In this document: positions 1-10,152 of the stretch, piece after piece
Numbering within the stretch: the first letter of the stretch is position 1
Layout of the letters: each line of letters starts with the position of its first letter
DNA from: Prevotella sp.
GTDB lineage: Bacteria; Bacteroidota; Bacteroidia; Bacteroidales; Dysgonomonadaceae
Assembly (NCBI GenBank): GCA_031285625.1
Contig: JAITVV010000081.1
Location: forward strand, 64,001 to 128,000
Length of the DNA: 64,000 bases
Direction of reading: 5' to 3'
The notes under the pieces: generated by a model
Databases searched by the model: none
Seen by the model: the letters and a program-made list of their open reading frames with translations, nothing else
Told to the model about the DNA's origin: nothing
Position numbers and translations under genes: made by a program

Positions 1-2
1 TT

Positions 3-329
3 ATCTTAACCACAGATCATGGAACAATCCGTGTAAAGAACCCTCTAAAAGTAATCGGAGATAAAGCGGTGAATTCAAACATCCGCTATAAAGTAGGTCG
101 CAATCTTGATTATGACCGTAAAAAAGTTTATGATGTGCATTCACCCGATAAATTCGGGCTTCCGGTTCCACACATCAGTACAAAATATATCTTTGCAACA
201 GGTGATGATTTCTTTGCTTACCCTAACAATTACAACTATTATGTATCTTACTATACAGATACTTTCCAACATGGTGGTATCTCTATGGAAGAAATGATTG
301 TTCCTTTTATAACTTTAACAGGAAAGTAA
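3..329 (+). CDS. porX: PorX-type response regulator/PglZ (alkaline phosphatase-like) protein, 3' part (5' truncated by window edge)
   Basis: Frame is open from position 3 ([14 protein letters not shown]...). TDHG and [11 protein letters not shown] are PglZ-type motifs; porX-tsaE adjacency is typical of Bacteroidota. Confidence 0.85.
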   Translation: MLTTDHGTIRVKNPLKVIGDKAVNSNIRYKVGRNLDYDRKKVYDVHSPDKFGLPVPHISTKYIFATGDDFFAYPNNYNYYVSYYTDTFQHGGISMEEMIVPFITLTGK

Positions 330-358
330 ATATCTTTGTACTATTAATAACGAATACA

Positions 359-775
359 ATGAATATAAAAATAGAATCATTAGATAAGATACACGAAGCA
401 GCCATAGAGTTTATAAAAGTCATGGGAGACAATACCGTTTTTGCCTTTCATGGCGAGATGGGTGCCGGTAAAACTACCTTTATAAAAGCCATCTGTGAAA
501 AGCTGGGAGTTTCCGATACTATTAATAGTCCTACATTTGCTATCATAAATGAATATCGTTCAGATAGCGGGGAGCTGATTTATCATTTTGATTTCTACCG
601 TATCAATAAAATAGAAGAAGCTTTCGATTTCGGATATGAAGATTATTTCTATAGTGGAAGCCTTTGCTTTATTGAATGGCCTGAAAAGGTTGAAAGTTTA
701 TTACCAAATGATACAGTGAATGTTAGCATCAAAGTACTTGAAGATGGTAGCCGGGATGTAAAGTTGGATATTTAA
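359..775 (+). CDS. tsaE: tRNA threonylcarbamoyladenosine biosynthesis ATPase TsaE
   Basis: GEMGAGKTT Walker [19 protein letters not shown] and IEWPE motifs. Confidence 0.95.
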   Translation: MNIKIESLDKIHEAAIEFIKVMGDNTVFAFHGEMGAGKTTFIKAICEKLGVSDTINSPTFAIINEYRSDSGELIYHFDFYRINKIEEAFDFGYEDYFYSGSLCFIEWPEKVESLLPNDTVNVSIKVLEDGSRDVKLDI

Positions 776-833
776 TATTTTTTTAATTATATTTGCATAC
801 TCAATATCCTGAATTAAATTCATCATAAAGAGG

Positions 834-2531
834 ATGCAATATACATTTTTTGATTTTTTACTGTTCTTAGGCTCTATGGGCCTCTTCCTGTATGGGATGA
901 AAGTCATGAGCGAGGGGCTCCAGAAATTAGCAGGTGACAAGCTGAGAAGTATACTCACCGCAATGACCAAGAATCGCTTTACCGGAGTTTTAACCGGAGT
1001 ACTAATTACCGCCATTATTCAGTCGTCGAGCGCAACCACCGTTATGGTTGTTAGTTTTGTAAATGCAGGTTTACTTACTCTATATCAGTCTATTGGAGTT
1101 ATATTGGGGGCTAATATCGGAACAACACTCACTGCATGGATTATCTCCTTCTTTGGTTTCAAAGTCGATATTGCATTATTTACATTACCCATTCTGGCTT
1201 TAGCCACACCACTTATATTTTCAAAGAAAAGCACTCGCAAATCTTTAGGTGAATTCATCTTCGGGTTTGCTTTTCTGTTTATGGGGCTTACCAGCCTGAA
1301 AGCAAATGTACCGGACCTCGCGCAGAATCCGGAGATGCTAAGCTTCGTGACTAATTACACCGATATGGGATTTGCTTCCATTGTCTTATTCTTCTTTATT
1401 GGAGCAATATTGACTGTTGTCGTGCAATCATCCAGTGCTACAATGGCTATTACCCTTATTATGTGCGCACAGGGATGGATATCTTATGAGATAGGTGCTG
1501 CATTAGTATTAGGTGAAAATTTGGGAACTACCTGTACTGCAAACATAGCTGCTCTTGCAGGGAACGTATCGGCTAGGCGTGCAGCTTTATCCCACTTTAT
1601 GTTCAATATGTTTGGGGTCATATGGGTATTAGCTATCTTCCATCCTTTCACAACAGGTGTATCCAATCTGGTTGAACACCTGGCTTCGGGGAATGAACAG
1701 ACAATGATCTCATTTAAATTATCAGCATTCCACACTTGCTATAATATATGTAACACCTTCATATTTATATGGCTTATCAAATTCCTGGAAAAAGTTGTTA
1801 CAAAACTACTGCCCCAAAAAGAGGAGGAAGAAGAATTCAGGCTTCAATATATACAAACCGGTCTGGTTTCACTCTCAGAATTATCAATTGTTGAAGCCCG
1901 TCAGGAGATAGGATTATACTCATCCCGTATGCAAAAAATGTTCGGGTTTGTTAAAGAACTTCTGTATGAAGAAAATGAGGCTGCCTTTGAGAAGCTATTT
2001 AACCGTATAGAAAAATATGAGAATATAAGCGATAGTATGGAACTGGAAATCGCTAACTATCTGAATAAGGCTTCGGAAGGAAGATTAAGCTCGGAAGGAA
2101 AGATGGAAATAAGGCTTATGCTGAGGGAAGTAAGCGAAATAGAAAGTATAGGCGACTCCTGCTATAATATGGCAAAGGCTATCAAGCGTAAAAGGAATGC
2201 AAATGCAGAGTTTACTGAATCTCAGTATGAGCATATACAAGAAATGTTTGACCTGTTGACAATGTCTTTTGAGTATATGCAAAAGGTAGTTGAAAAACAA
2301 GAGAACAAAAATAAGAATATCATTCAGGTACTCAATCTGGAGAATGAAATCAACAATCTACGTAACAACCTTAAAACCAAAAATTTATTAGATATAGATA
2401 AGAAAGAATACCCTTACGAAATAGGCGTATTCTATATTGATATTATAGGCGACTGTGAAAAACTCGGCGACTTTATCGTAAATGTCGTTGAAGCTGAATC
2501 TTCTGAATATAAGGAAAGAAAGGGGATTTAA
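834..2531 (+). CDS. Na/Pi cotransporter family protein with PhoU-like C-terminus
   Basis: Two QSSSAT repeats, GANIGTT/GENLGTT motifs, helical C-terminal domain. Confidence 0.92.
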   Translation: MQYTFFDFLLFLGSMGLFLYGMKVMSEGLQKLAGDKLRSILTAMTKNRFTGVLTGVLITAIIQSSSATTVMVVSFVNAGLLTLYQSIGVILGANIGTTLTAWIISFFGFKVDIALFTLPILALATPLIFSKKSTRKSLGEFIFGFAFLFMGLTSLKANVPDLAQNPEMLSFVTNYTDMGFASIVLFFFIGAILTVVVQSSSATMAITLIMCAQGWISYEIGAALVLGENLGTTCTANIAALAGNVSARRAALSHFMFNMFGVIWVLAIFHPFTTGVSNLVEHLASGNEQTMISFKLSAFHTCYNICNTFIFIWLIKFLEKVVTKLLPQKEEEEEFRLQYIQTGLVSLSELSIVEARQEIGLYSSRMQKMFGFVKELLYEENEAAFEKLFNRIEKYENISDSMELEIANYLNKASEGRLSSEGKMEIRLMLREVSEIESIGDSCYNMAKAIKRKRNANAEFTESQYEHIQEMFDLLTMSFEYMQKVVEKQENKNKNIIQVLNLENEINNLRNNLKTKNLLDIDKKEYPYEIGVFYIDIIGDCEKLGDFIVNVVEAESSEYKERKGI

Positions 2532-2536
2532 ATACA

Positions 2537-5140
2537 TCAAAATTTAAAACTAACCGTACCCAAAACATTTATTGGTCTTAATTTATAATTATAATTGTAA
2601 GTATCAAGTGAATTATAAATAGTATAGCTATATTCTTTTTTATTGAATATGTTATTTATATATAATTCATATTCTATTTCTTTATTTTTATATTTGACGC
2701 CGATATTAGCAAATATTAGATTACATGAAAGGCTTTTGGTTATTTCATTGTATAAATATTCCAATTGAGTATCTAGTTCTATCTTACTGTTAAGGAAATA
2801 GTGGCCAGTTAATTTCTGAGATATTTGATAAGTAGATAACTTAGAACTCGAAGATATATCTATTTGTAATCTATTATTCAATATTTCGGCCTGATATGAT
2901 GCTGAGAACTCATCACATATCTTAGTATTAATCTTAGGTATCAAACTCCAAGAAGTAGATTTTAGCGGAACTAACAAACCTTGTTGCATTTTTTCTGATT
3001 TTATAAAGTTGAGATTTGCCAGTAGAGAGAAACCAGTCTTTATATCACCAAAATACTTACCTATATATCCTCTCCACATCCACATTTCATAACGATTCTT
3101 ATGCTCCGAATTACTGATAATACTTTGTTTATTCAAAAAATATTGCTCATCCAATAGATTTCTTCTGAAAGAGGTATAAGCAATAGAAGTATTAAAAAAC
3201 ATTGTTGTTAATGGATTCCTAAAATTGACTCTGATATTTACAGACTGGCTTTCTCGTTTCTGCAATATTCCAGCTTTTACATTCACAGTACGATAATCAC
3301 TGATGATGTATGAATCTGCGAAATCGGTTATATCTCCTATATTATGATTATAACGATATAGAAATGAAGTTTCCCATAACTGATTTATTTTATATGTTAG
3401 CTTTACTTTAGAATCGAGATACAAGAAATCTTCAGATTTGGTTCTATTGTTCATTTTGTCCTGAGACTCCAACCAATGATAAGTAATAGGTACATTAATT
3501 GAAAACTCTATTTTTTTCTTCTTGAAAGAATAGGATGGGTTAATTATTATTTTAAAATAGTTAGCTCTTATTTTGCTAGATGTACTATCTGTTAGTATTG
3601 GATGATTTGATAAATCAGAATTTAGGTTTTCAATATATCCTTCCATATTCAAGTTAAGATATAATCGTGAATTCCCTTTTGAAAATGAAAAGTTACTATT
3701 ATTATTTGTGTATAGCCCATTTTGATTAGTCTTTTGAATCATATCCTCTTTAAGAGTATCAATATCTACTCTCAGATTCTGAGGAAGTGATGTATAACGA
3801 ACGAATGAGGAAATATCCCATATCCGATTATTCCATTTCTTAACATATTGAAAATCATTGGATACTAAATATTCAGGAGTATTAAATTTTTGCATTATTC
3901 TATTTGCATTTTCGATATTCAAACTAGCCTCATTCAATTTTGCTTGCCCTTTCAATATATTACTTATATAGTGCCGGGAAGTATTATCTGTATATGTAAT
4001 AGTTCCATCGATATAATTATTTTTCTTATATGCATTTCTTTGTTCATCAATCTGCAAAGAGTTCTCTGGTAAAAAGTATGAACTATTCTGATAGATTGAT
4101 TCATCCAAAGCGTCATGCAGATAATTTATATTTAGGCGTAATTGACTGTCTTCTCCTGTTTTCCATAGACTATTTAGTGTCGCAATATGGGTTTTATTGA
4201 AAAGATATCGATTTTCTTCTATTGGTGGATTATTTAATACATTATCTGTCAATAGGCCAGAAATTGTTTTATGTTTACTTAAATCCTCTGAGAATAATGA
4301 ATGTTCGGTAAGTTCGGTTGCTATATTGTTCCCTGTATTATTTGTTTTATACATTGCGATAGCTTGATGTTTTCTGTTGGCTTGTAGTGCAAAAGCATCA
4401 ATGTTCCATAGCAAATCTTTTATTCCTCCAATTCCAACTTTTGCAGTGCCTACAGGTCGAGCCATTTTACTATCTTGTAATTTGAGATTAATAGCTGCCT
4501 GACCTGTACTCATCAAATCTTTTAAAGCCTTTACCGGTTGATGATTTTCTATTACTTCCACATTTGTAACTGCATCCACAGGCACATTATTTGTTGCTAT
4601 ACCATATTTTTTATCTAATAAATCCATTCCCTCTATATAGAATTTATTAATTGGCTCACCATTGTATTTTATACCGCCATTCTGTGAAACCTCTATCCCT
4701 GGTAACTTTTTTAATATATCTCCTATTGTACGATCCTGCTGAGAACGAAATGCACCGACACTGTATACAAGAGTGTCTTCTCTACTCCACATCACCTCTG
4801 ATTTAATTACAACCTCCTTTAATTGGATTTCTAATGGCTGTAATGCTACATCTATTACCTGGGAGTTGTTCCTTATTGTAAATACTTTTTGTTTGTATCC
4901 CAGAAAGGATACGGTCAATTCCAATTCTTTATTCTGTGAATCTATTTCTATTTGATAAAAGCCTTTACTATCTGTCAATCCGTAACCTATAATGTCTTGA
5001 TCATTATCGATAATAGAGACAACAACACCATTGATTGGTTTATTATCAATGGTGTCTCTTACAACTCCATGTATTGCTGTTTGGGCTGACAAAAAGAATG
5101 GAGATAAGACTAGAGCTATATATAGTAAATACTTACTCAC
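2537..5140 (-). CDS. Outer-membrane beta-barrel (carboxypeptidase-regulatory-like N-domain plus TonB-plug-like domain), GLPGLI-associated type
   Basis: Signal peptide; DTLVYSV..F...DRTIGDILKKLPGIEV..G.IKYNG..INKFYIEG plug-like segment; C-terminal Phe (VSFKF). Confidence 0.8.
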   Translation of the reverse strand: MSKYLLYIALVLSPFFLSAQTAIHGVVRDTIDNKPINGVVVSIIDNDQDIIGYGLTDSKGFYQIEIDSQNKELELTVSFLGYKQKVFTIRNNSQVIDVALQPLEIQLKEVVIKSEVMWSREDTLVYSVGAFRSQQDRTIGDILKKLPGIEVSQNGGIKYNGEPINKFYIEGMDLLDKKYGIATNNVPVDAVTNVEVIENHQPVKALKDLMSTGQAAINLKLQDSKMARPVGTAKVGIGGIKDLLWNIDAFALQANRKHQAIAMYKTNNTGNNIATELTEHSLFSEDLSKHKTISGLLTDNVLNNPPIEENRYLFNKTHIATLNSLWKTGEDSQLRLNINYLHDALDESIYQNSSYFLPENSLQIDEQRNAYKKNNYIDGTITYTDNTSRHYISNILKGQAKLNEASLNIENANRIMQKFNTPEYLVSNDFQYVKKWNNRIWDISSFVRYTSLPQNLRVDIDTLKEDMIQKTNQNGLYTNNNSNFSFSKGNSRLYLNLNMEGYIENLNSDLSNHPILTDSTSSKIRANYFKIIINPSYSFKKKKIEFSINVPITYHWLESQDKMNNRTKSEDFLYLDSKVKLTYKINQLWETSFLYRYNHNIGDITDFADSYIISDYRTVNVKAGILQKRESQSVNIRVNFRNPLTTMFFNTSIAYTSFRRNLLDEQYFLNKQSIISNSEHKNRYEMWMWRGYIGKYFGDIKTGFSLLANLNFIKSEKMQQGLLVPLKSTSWSLIPKINTKICDEFSASYQAEILNNRLQIDISSSSKLSTYQISQKLTGHYFLNSKIELDTQLEYLYNEITKSLSCNLIFANIGVKYKNKEIEYELYINNIFNKKEYSYTIYNSLDTYNYNYKLRPINVLGTVSFKF

Positions 5141-5984
5141 TTAACTCTATTGGATTATATGCACGCTTACGCAATGCATGAGCAGGTATATCACCTTGTA
5201 TCATTCCCGAATTTTGTAATGCTGCTCCAGGATTTTCTCTGTATTGTTTATATGATTTCAGGAAAGTTTTTTTATTTGTTTTCATATAATTCCTGTCAAA
5301 TATATATATATTATCTACCCAACGAGGTTTTTCGATCGCAATACATTCAAATGATATTTGTTTTTTATCATCTTCCACCTTTAATATTAGTCCCGGTAGT
5401 CCTGAAAATTTCCAAGGACCATTACTTATAGGAATATCCGGAGTATACCATGCAGTATATTTTCTACCGAAAAGCGTTGTTGATGCTTTTTTACATTTAT
5501 ATCCACTAACAGTTAGATTTCCTGATTCAGATTTCCAATTAGTCTTTATTAATGGTTCTTCATATAAAAAAGAAGACCCTGTAAAGAAATTAGTTGATGT
5601 AATCTTTCCTTTAGGATAATTTGTGAAAATATTTTCCCTCGAACCATTTCTTGTATATATAGAAACTTTTTCCAACATAGAATTTATATCCATACCCTGT
5701 TTGCTGTACACAAAATTTAAAGAATCACCTATTAATTTATTATAATCAGTATATTTTGAGACTCTATTTCCAATCTGAAGCAACATAAGATGTTCTTGAT
5801 AGTTTTGTGTTATTGTATCATTTATAATTCGTTGTCGATATTGTATCCTTATAATAGAACTGTCTAATACAATAGGAGTTTTAGGAATTGAAGCTTTGGT
5901 ATTTTGTCTTTTATCAGGTATAAATATCTGAGCGTTCAAGGTTAATGTTATAAATAAAATGAAGTATAAAATAAAATGTTTCAT
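5133..5984 (-). CDS. GLPGLI family protein
   Basis: Signal peptide; AWYTPDIPISNGPWKFSGLPGLIL motif; YNPIELSE end. Confidence 0.92.
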   Translation of the reverse strand: MKHFILYFILFITLTLNAQIFIPDKRQNTKASIPKTPIVLDSSIIRIQYRQRIINDTITQNYQEHLMLLQIGNRVSKYTDYNKLIGDSLNFVYSKQGMDINSMLEKVSIYTRNGSRENIFTNYPKGKITSTNFFTGSSFLYEEPLIKTNWKSESGNLTVSGYKCKKASTTLFGRKYTAWYTPDIPISNGPWKFSGLPGLILKVEDDKKQISFECIAIEKPRWVDNIYIFDRNYMKTNKKTFLKSYKQYRENPGAALQNSGMIQGDIPAHALRKRAYNPIELSE

Positions 5985-6838
5985 TACTCACTTAACTCTA
6001 TCGGGTTATATGCTCGTTTACGAAATGCTTTAGCAGGTATATCGCCCTGTATCATCCCTGAATTTTGTATTACTGCACCCGGATTATCCTTGTATTGTTT
6101 ATATAATTTAAGAAAAGTCTTCTTATTTGTTTTCATATAATCACTTTCATTCATATATATTGGGTCTTTCCAATGCGGTTTATCTATAGCTATACATTCA
6201 AAAGAAACTTCTTTTTTACTATCTTCTACCTTTAGTATTAACCCAGGTAAGCCTGAGAATTTCCATGGACCGTTGCTTATGGGTATATCTGGAGTATACC
6301 AAGCTGTATATTTTCTACCAAAAAGTGTAGTGGACGCTTTCTTGCATTTATATCCGGCTATAGTCATATTTCCGGATTCCAGTTTCCAATCAATATTTAC
6401 TGATGCCTCTTCATATAGGTATGAAGAGCCTCCAAATAAATTGGTTGATGTGATTTTTCCTTGAGGATAATCTTTAAATATATTTTCTCGAGAGCTTCCC
6501 TTTATATAGGGATGTATCTTAGTAAATATAGTACTCAAATCATCTCCCATTTTGACATACACATCATAAAGGGAATCTGCTTTTAATCCATAGTAATCTG
6601 TATATTTTGATATATTGTTTCCTATCTGAAGTAGCATTATATTATCTGTTTTCTGATTTGTATCAGTTGTATCCTGAATAATTACTTGACGGTATTGTAT
6701 TCTCATTTTAGATGTATCTTGGATGCTTTTCTTTTGTAGCTTCAAGGGTTCTGCAGTACGAGGGTCAACTGTAATTGTTTGAGCATGTAAAAAATTGCAT
6801 GCGAATATAATAAGACAACTTAAAAAAACTTTTTTCAT
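5984..6838 (-). CDS. GLPGLI family protein (tandem paralog)
   Basis: Same GPWKFSGLPGLIL motif; its stop overlaps the next start (TAATG). Confidence 0.92.
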   Translation of the reverse strand: MKKVFLSCLIIFACNFLHAQTITVDPRTAEPLKLQKKSIQDTSKMRIQYRQVIIQDTTDTNQKTDNIMLLQIGNNISKYTDYYGLKADSLYDVYVKMGDDLSTIFTKIHPYIKGSSRENIFKDYPQGKITSTNLFGGSSYLYEEASVNIDWKLESGNMTIAGYKCKKASTTLFGRKYTAWYTPDIPISNGPWKFSGLPGLILKVEDSKKEVSFECIAIDKPHWKDPIYMNESDYMKTNKKTFLKLYKQYKDNPGAVIQNSGMIQGDIPAKAFRKRAYNPIELSE

Positions 6839-6935
6839 AAGATATATTTAACTGATATTAAATAGGTTGTCAATAAATAATTTGAATATTTGGCACATCA
6901 TTTATTATATTGACAACCTCCAAATTTTTGTTTTA

Positions 6936-7112
6936 CTAACAGAAGAAACTATAGATTTCATCTACCCATTGAAGAGTCTCCAACTCTCCAGCTCCAGAAC
7001 AATAATAAGTAGCAGGTGCACCTCCAGGACAATACAAAGTTCCGCAAACTGGAGATGCAGTATTAACAATAAGTACAATTCCGACAATAATAAGGGCTAA
7101 TTTCTTCTTCAT
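6936..7112 (-). CDS. Small secreted Cys-rich peptide, 58 aa (not in ORF track)
   Basis: Hand translation: MKKKLALIIVGIVLIVNTASPVCGTLYCPGGAPATYYCSGAGELETLQWVDEIYSFFC*. Basic-hydrophobic signal peptide, 4 Cys, same strand as and directly upstream of the GLPGLI genes. Confidence 0.75.
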   Translation of the reverse strand: MKKKLALIIVGIVLIVNTASPVCGTLYCPGGAPATYYCSGAGELETLQWVDEIYSFFC

Positions 7113-7312
7113 AATTTAAAATTTGAGTTAAACATACACTGCAAATTTCAAAAAATAAAAAGACTAAGAGAGTATAGTATTGCTCCCATATGACTTTTTT
7201 CAGAAGTCTGATCTGGATAACCTGCTTATCATCAAATTGTTAATTGATCCGTCATATAAGAAATATATAACTTTTTAATTGTCTGAAATACAATTAGTTG
7301 TGAATATTCATA

Positions 7313-10051
7313 TTAGAAATCTTCACCTTCATAGTCCTCATTATTCTTTCCCTTACTCTTTATAATGTTGAATTTGTAAGAGAAGCTAAGCATAAAGTAT
7401 CGGCTAACACTGTTGGAGCGCGAATCGGTCATGTAATTACCACTTACATAGCGTGATATATTATTCCTATCATTGAGGATATCAAAGAATTGTAACTTCA
7501 GGGTACCTTTTTTCTTTTTCAGAAATAGTTTTGAGATTGAGGCATTCCAGAGAATCTCGCTTTTCTTAAAATCATCCCCATACCCGCTATAATAAGACAT
7601 ATTTATATCATTTTGTATTGATATGTCTAAGGGGATATCAAATATGGAAGGTATTTTCCATAGGAAAGAATGGAGAACAGTATAGTTTGCTGTATTCCTA
7701 TCCTGAGAGCCGGATAGGTTATTTCGTGTGATATTGAATGAAGCACCCAGTTGCAGGCGTGTTTCAAATTTATCAACTTTGAATTTACCGGCAACCCTCT
7801 CTCCTATCACCACATTATGAGTTATAGCCTTCTCCCCATTCGTATAGCCTATGTTTTTATAATAATTACTATATGTACTATTATCTATCGTAAATTTTTT
7901 ATTACGCAACGGAGTATTAAACATAAAGTTGAGGTTTGCCCCCATATTACCGCTTAGGTTGCGATAGGTATTTATGCTATTACCCTGATCGTCAATTGTC
8001 GTATAATCAACAATATTATTGAACGTATAATTCAGCCCTCCGGACAACATAAGAAAGCGGCTGGTTTCGTAATTCGACTTACGGTAATATACATTGAAGT
8101 TATTGCTGTAGCTTGGCTTCAAATCAGGGTTACCATAGTACTTAGTGAGTGCATTTACAATAACCGTATCGGCTGACAACTGTGTTATTCCAGGCTGACT
8201 TGTCGACCCAGAGTAGCTGATATCCAAACTGGTTTGCTCATTGGGCTGATAAGTAAAATTAAGGCTGGGTGAAAAATTAATCACATTTTGCTTTGTATTC
8301 AGGCTATCGATGGATGTATCGCCTATACTTACCTCGCTTTTTGAATATGAAGGATCAATACTGAGGCCTATAGTATAATTATATTTGTCTTTTGTTGTCT
8401 GAAAATTGAGACTAATGTTCTGGTTTATATATTTATTTTTGGTATTCCTTGCATATGCTGAATCCAAAACCGTATAGTTACCTGCATCATCTTTTGTACG
8501 GACATCACGCATCCGCTTTGAGTTATTCTGTCCATATGAATATGAAAACTGTAGTCTGTGATCTTTACCAATAGGTTCCACATATGACATCGAGATATTA
8601 TAGCTATTGGTTTTATTGTCCGTCTCATTTCGTTGGTCAATGATCTTATCGGGTGTTCCTTCTGTATAGGTTGTATATGAATAGCTGGTTCCTTTGCTAT
8701 TGTCTTTTCGTATCGAATTATTAAAAGTCAGACTAACTGTCCTCCCTTTGTCATTTAGTTTACGCCCTATTGTAAAGAAATTATTGATACTATAACCATC
8801 CCCTTTCGACTGACTATTTGAATACCCTGAAGTTGTATCTTTTTCGGCAACATATGAAATATTAGAAGAGTTCTTCTTATTCATTGTGTTATTAAAGCTA
8901 ATATATGACCGTGCATAGATTGTGGTCAGAGTATCAGGTTTCCATTGCAGGTTCATACCCGCATTATAGTTATCCCGTTTATTCCTCGATGAAGATTCCT
9001 GTTTGGAAAAACGATCACCGGACGAAAGAAAAGTCTGGGTATTAGTTTTTGTCTCCATCAAGTTATCATTACTTGAGTACCTCAGATTTCCCCCGATTCT
9101 GAATTTTTCGGATGACTGTATATAAGCATTGGCTCCAACATTTTTGTTTTTATCAATCCCGTTATCCATCCCCATACTATAGCCATTGTCATTTACATTA
9201 TTCATATCCGCCACAAAAGACATCTGATTATCATTACGCATATAGTTAACCAATGCCTTGTTTGCATACTTGTCGTCACTTCCATATCCGGCCTTTACAT
9301 CGCCAAAGATGCTTTGTCTGAGTTCTTCTTTTACAACAAGGTTCAGTACCTGATCAGGGTCTTTATCTTTAAATCCGGTTACTTTGGCTGTTTCTGATTC
9401 TTCTTTATACAATTGCAGTTTTTTGATCATATTAGCTGGTAAGTTTGCCAATGCCATAGGAATATCATTCCCGAAAAACTCTTTTCCGTCTACCAGTATT
9501 TTTTTTATGGTTTTCCCATTCGCTGTAATATTCCCGTTTTCGTCTACCTCTACACCCGGAATATTTTTCATCATATCCTGTAGCATATCACTCTCCTGTG
9601 AACTATAAGATCCGGCATTGTATTCTATCGTATCTCCTTTGACCACAATATCAGGGACCTGTGCCTCCACCACAGCCTCTTTTAGCTCAACAATATCCTC
9701 ATCAAGATATATATCGCCAAAAGAATAACCCGGTTCTTTTGATGATATTTCAAAATTTTGCAGAAATGCTTTATAGCCTATAAAAGATGCTTCTAGAATA
9801 TATTTACCTGTATTTGCCGAAAGCTTGAATTTGCCTTTCTCATCTGTTGCCACTCCTTTTATATAAGCGCTATCAGACTGATTTAATAATTTTACAGTTA
9901 CAAAAGGGATAGATTCCTTCGTTTTAGAATCGTATACAGTTCCTTGTATATCCTTTCTTATTTGCTGTGCCTGGGCATACATGGCAAATGAAAAAAAGAA
10001 TAATAAAGTAATCTGCAGGTATCTCATTCCTATCGAAAAATATTTTGGCAT
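7313..10051 (-). CDS. Outer-membrane beta-barrel family protein (TonB-dependent receptor-like); start possibly 10027
   Basis: Signal peptide, carboxypeptidase-regulatory-like domain, VKGDTIEYNA..KNIPGVEVD..ILVDGKEFFG plug-like motif, C-terminal RYFMLSFSYKF. Confidence 0.85.
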   Translation of the reverse strand: MPKYFSIGMRYLQITLLFFFSFAMYAQAQQIRKDIQGTVYDSKTKESIPFVTVKLLNQSDSAYIKGVATDEKGKFKLSANTGKYILEASFIGYKAFLQNFEISSKEPGYSFGDIYLDEDIVELKEAVVEAQVPDIVVKGDTIEYNAGSYSSQESDMLQDMMKNIPGVEVDENGNITANGKTIKKILVDGKEFFGNDIPMALANLPANMIKKLQLYKEESETAKVTGFKDKDPDQVLNLVVKEELRQSIFGDVKAGYGSDDKYANKALVNYMRNDNQMSFVADMNNVNDNGYSMGMDNGIDKNKNVGANAYIQSSEKFRIGGNLRYSSNDNLMETKTNTQTFLSSGDRFSKQESSSRNKRDNYNAGMNLQWKPDTLTTIYARSYISFNNTMNKKNSSNISYVAEKDTTSGYSNSQSKGDGYSINNFFTIGRKLNDKGRTVSLTFNNSIRKDNSKGTSYSYTTYTEGTPDKIIDQRNETDNKTNSYNISMSYVEPIGKDHRLQFSYSYGQNNSKRMRDVRTKDDAGNYTVLDSAYARNTKNKYINQNISLNFQTTKDKYNYTIGLSIDPSYSKSEVSIGDTSIDSLNTKQNVINFSPSLNFTYQPNEQTSLDISYSGSTSQPGITQLSADTVIVNALTKYYGNPDLKPSYSNNFNVYYRKSNYETSRFLMLSGGLNYTFNNIVDYTTIDDQGNSINTYRNLSGNMGANLNFMFNTPLRNKKFTIDNSTYSNYYKNIGYTNGEKAITHNVVIGERVAGKFKVDKFETRLQLGASFNITRNNLSGSQDRNTANYTVLHSFLWKIPSIFDIPLDISIQNDINMSYYSGYGDDFKKSEILWNASISKLFLKKKKGTLKLQFFDILNDRNNISRYVSGNYMTDSRSNSVSRYFMLSFSYKFNIIKSKGKNNEDYEGEDF

Positions 10052-10104
10052 ATAAAGTAAACGCTTTTTTAATTATAAGAGGATAATTATGCCCTAATTT
10101 CATA

Positions 10105-10152
10105 AAAAGTAACAAAAGTAACAGTTTTCAGATATAAACACCTGTCACTTTC
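10105..10152. repeat. Dispersed DR-DR-spacer-IR element, copy 1
   Basis: AAAAGTAACAAAAGTAACA-N19-TGTCACTTTC. Confidence 0.75.

Noticed and set aside
6867-7100. 77-aa plus-strand ORF
   Set aside because: Antisense to the better-supported signal-peptide ORF 6936-7112; TTG start and no protein-like features
10105-10128. AAAAGTAAC tandem as CRISPR repeat or known Bacteroides invertible-promoter IR
   Set aside because: No repeat-spacer array or cas genes; geometry differs from GTTAC-N7-GTAAC and no recombinase is in the window
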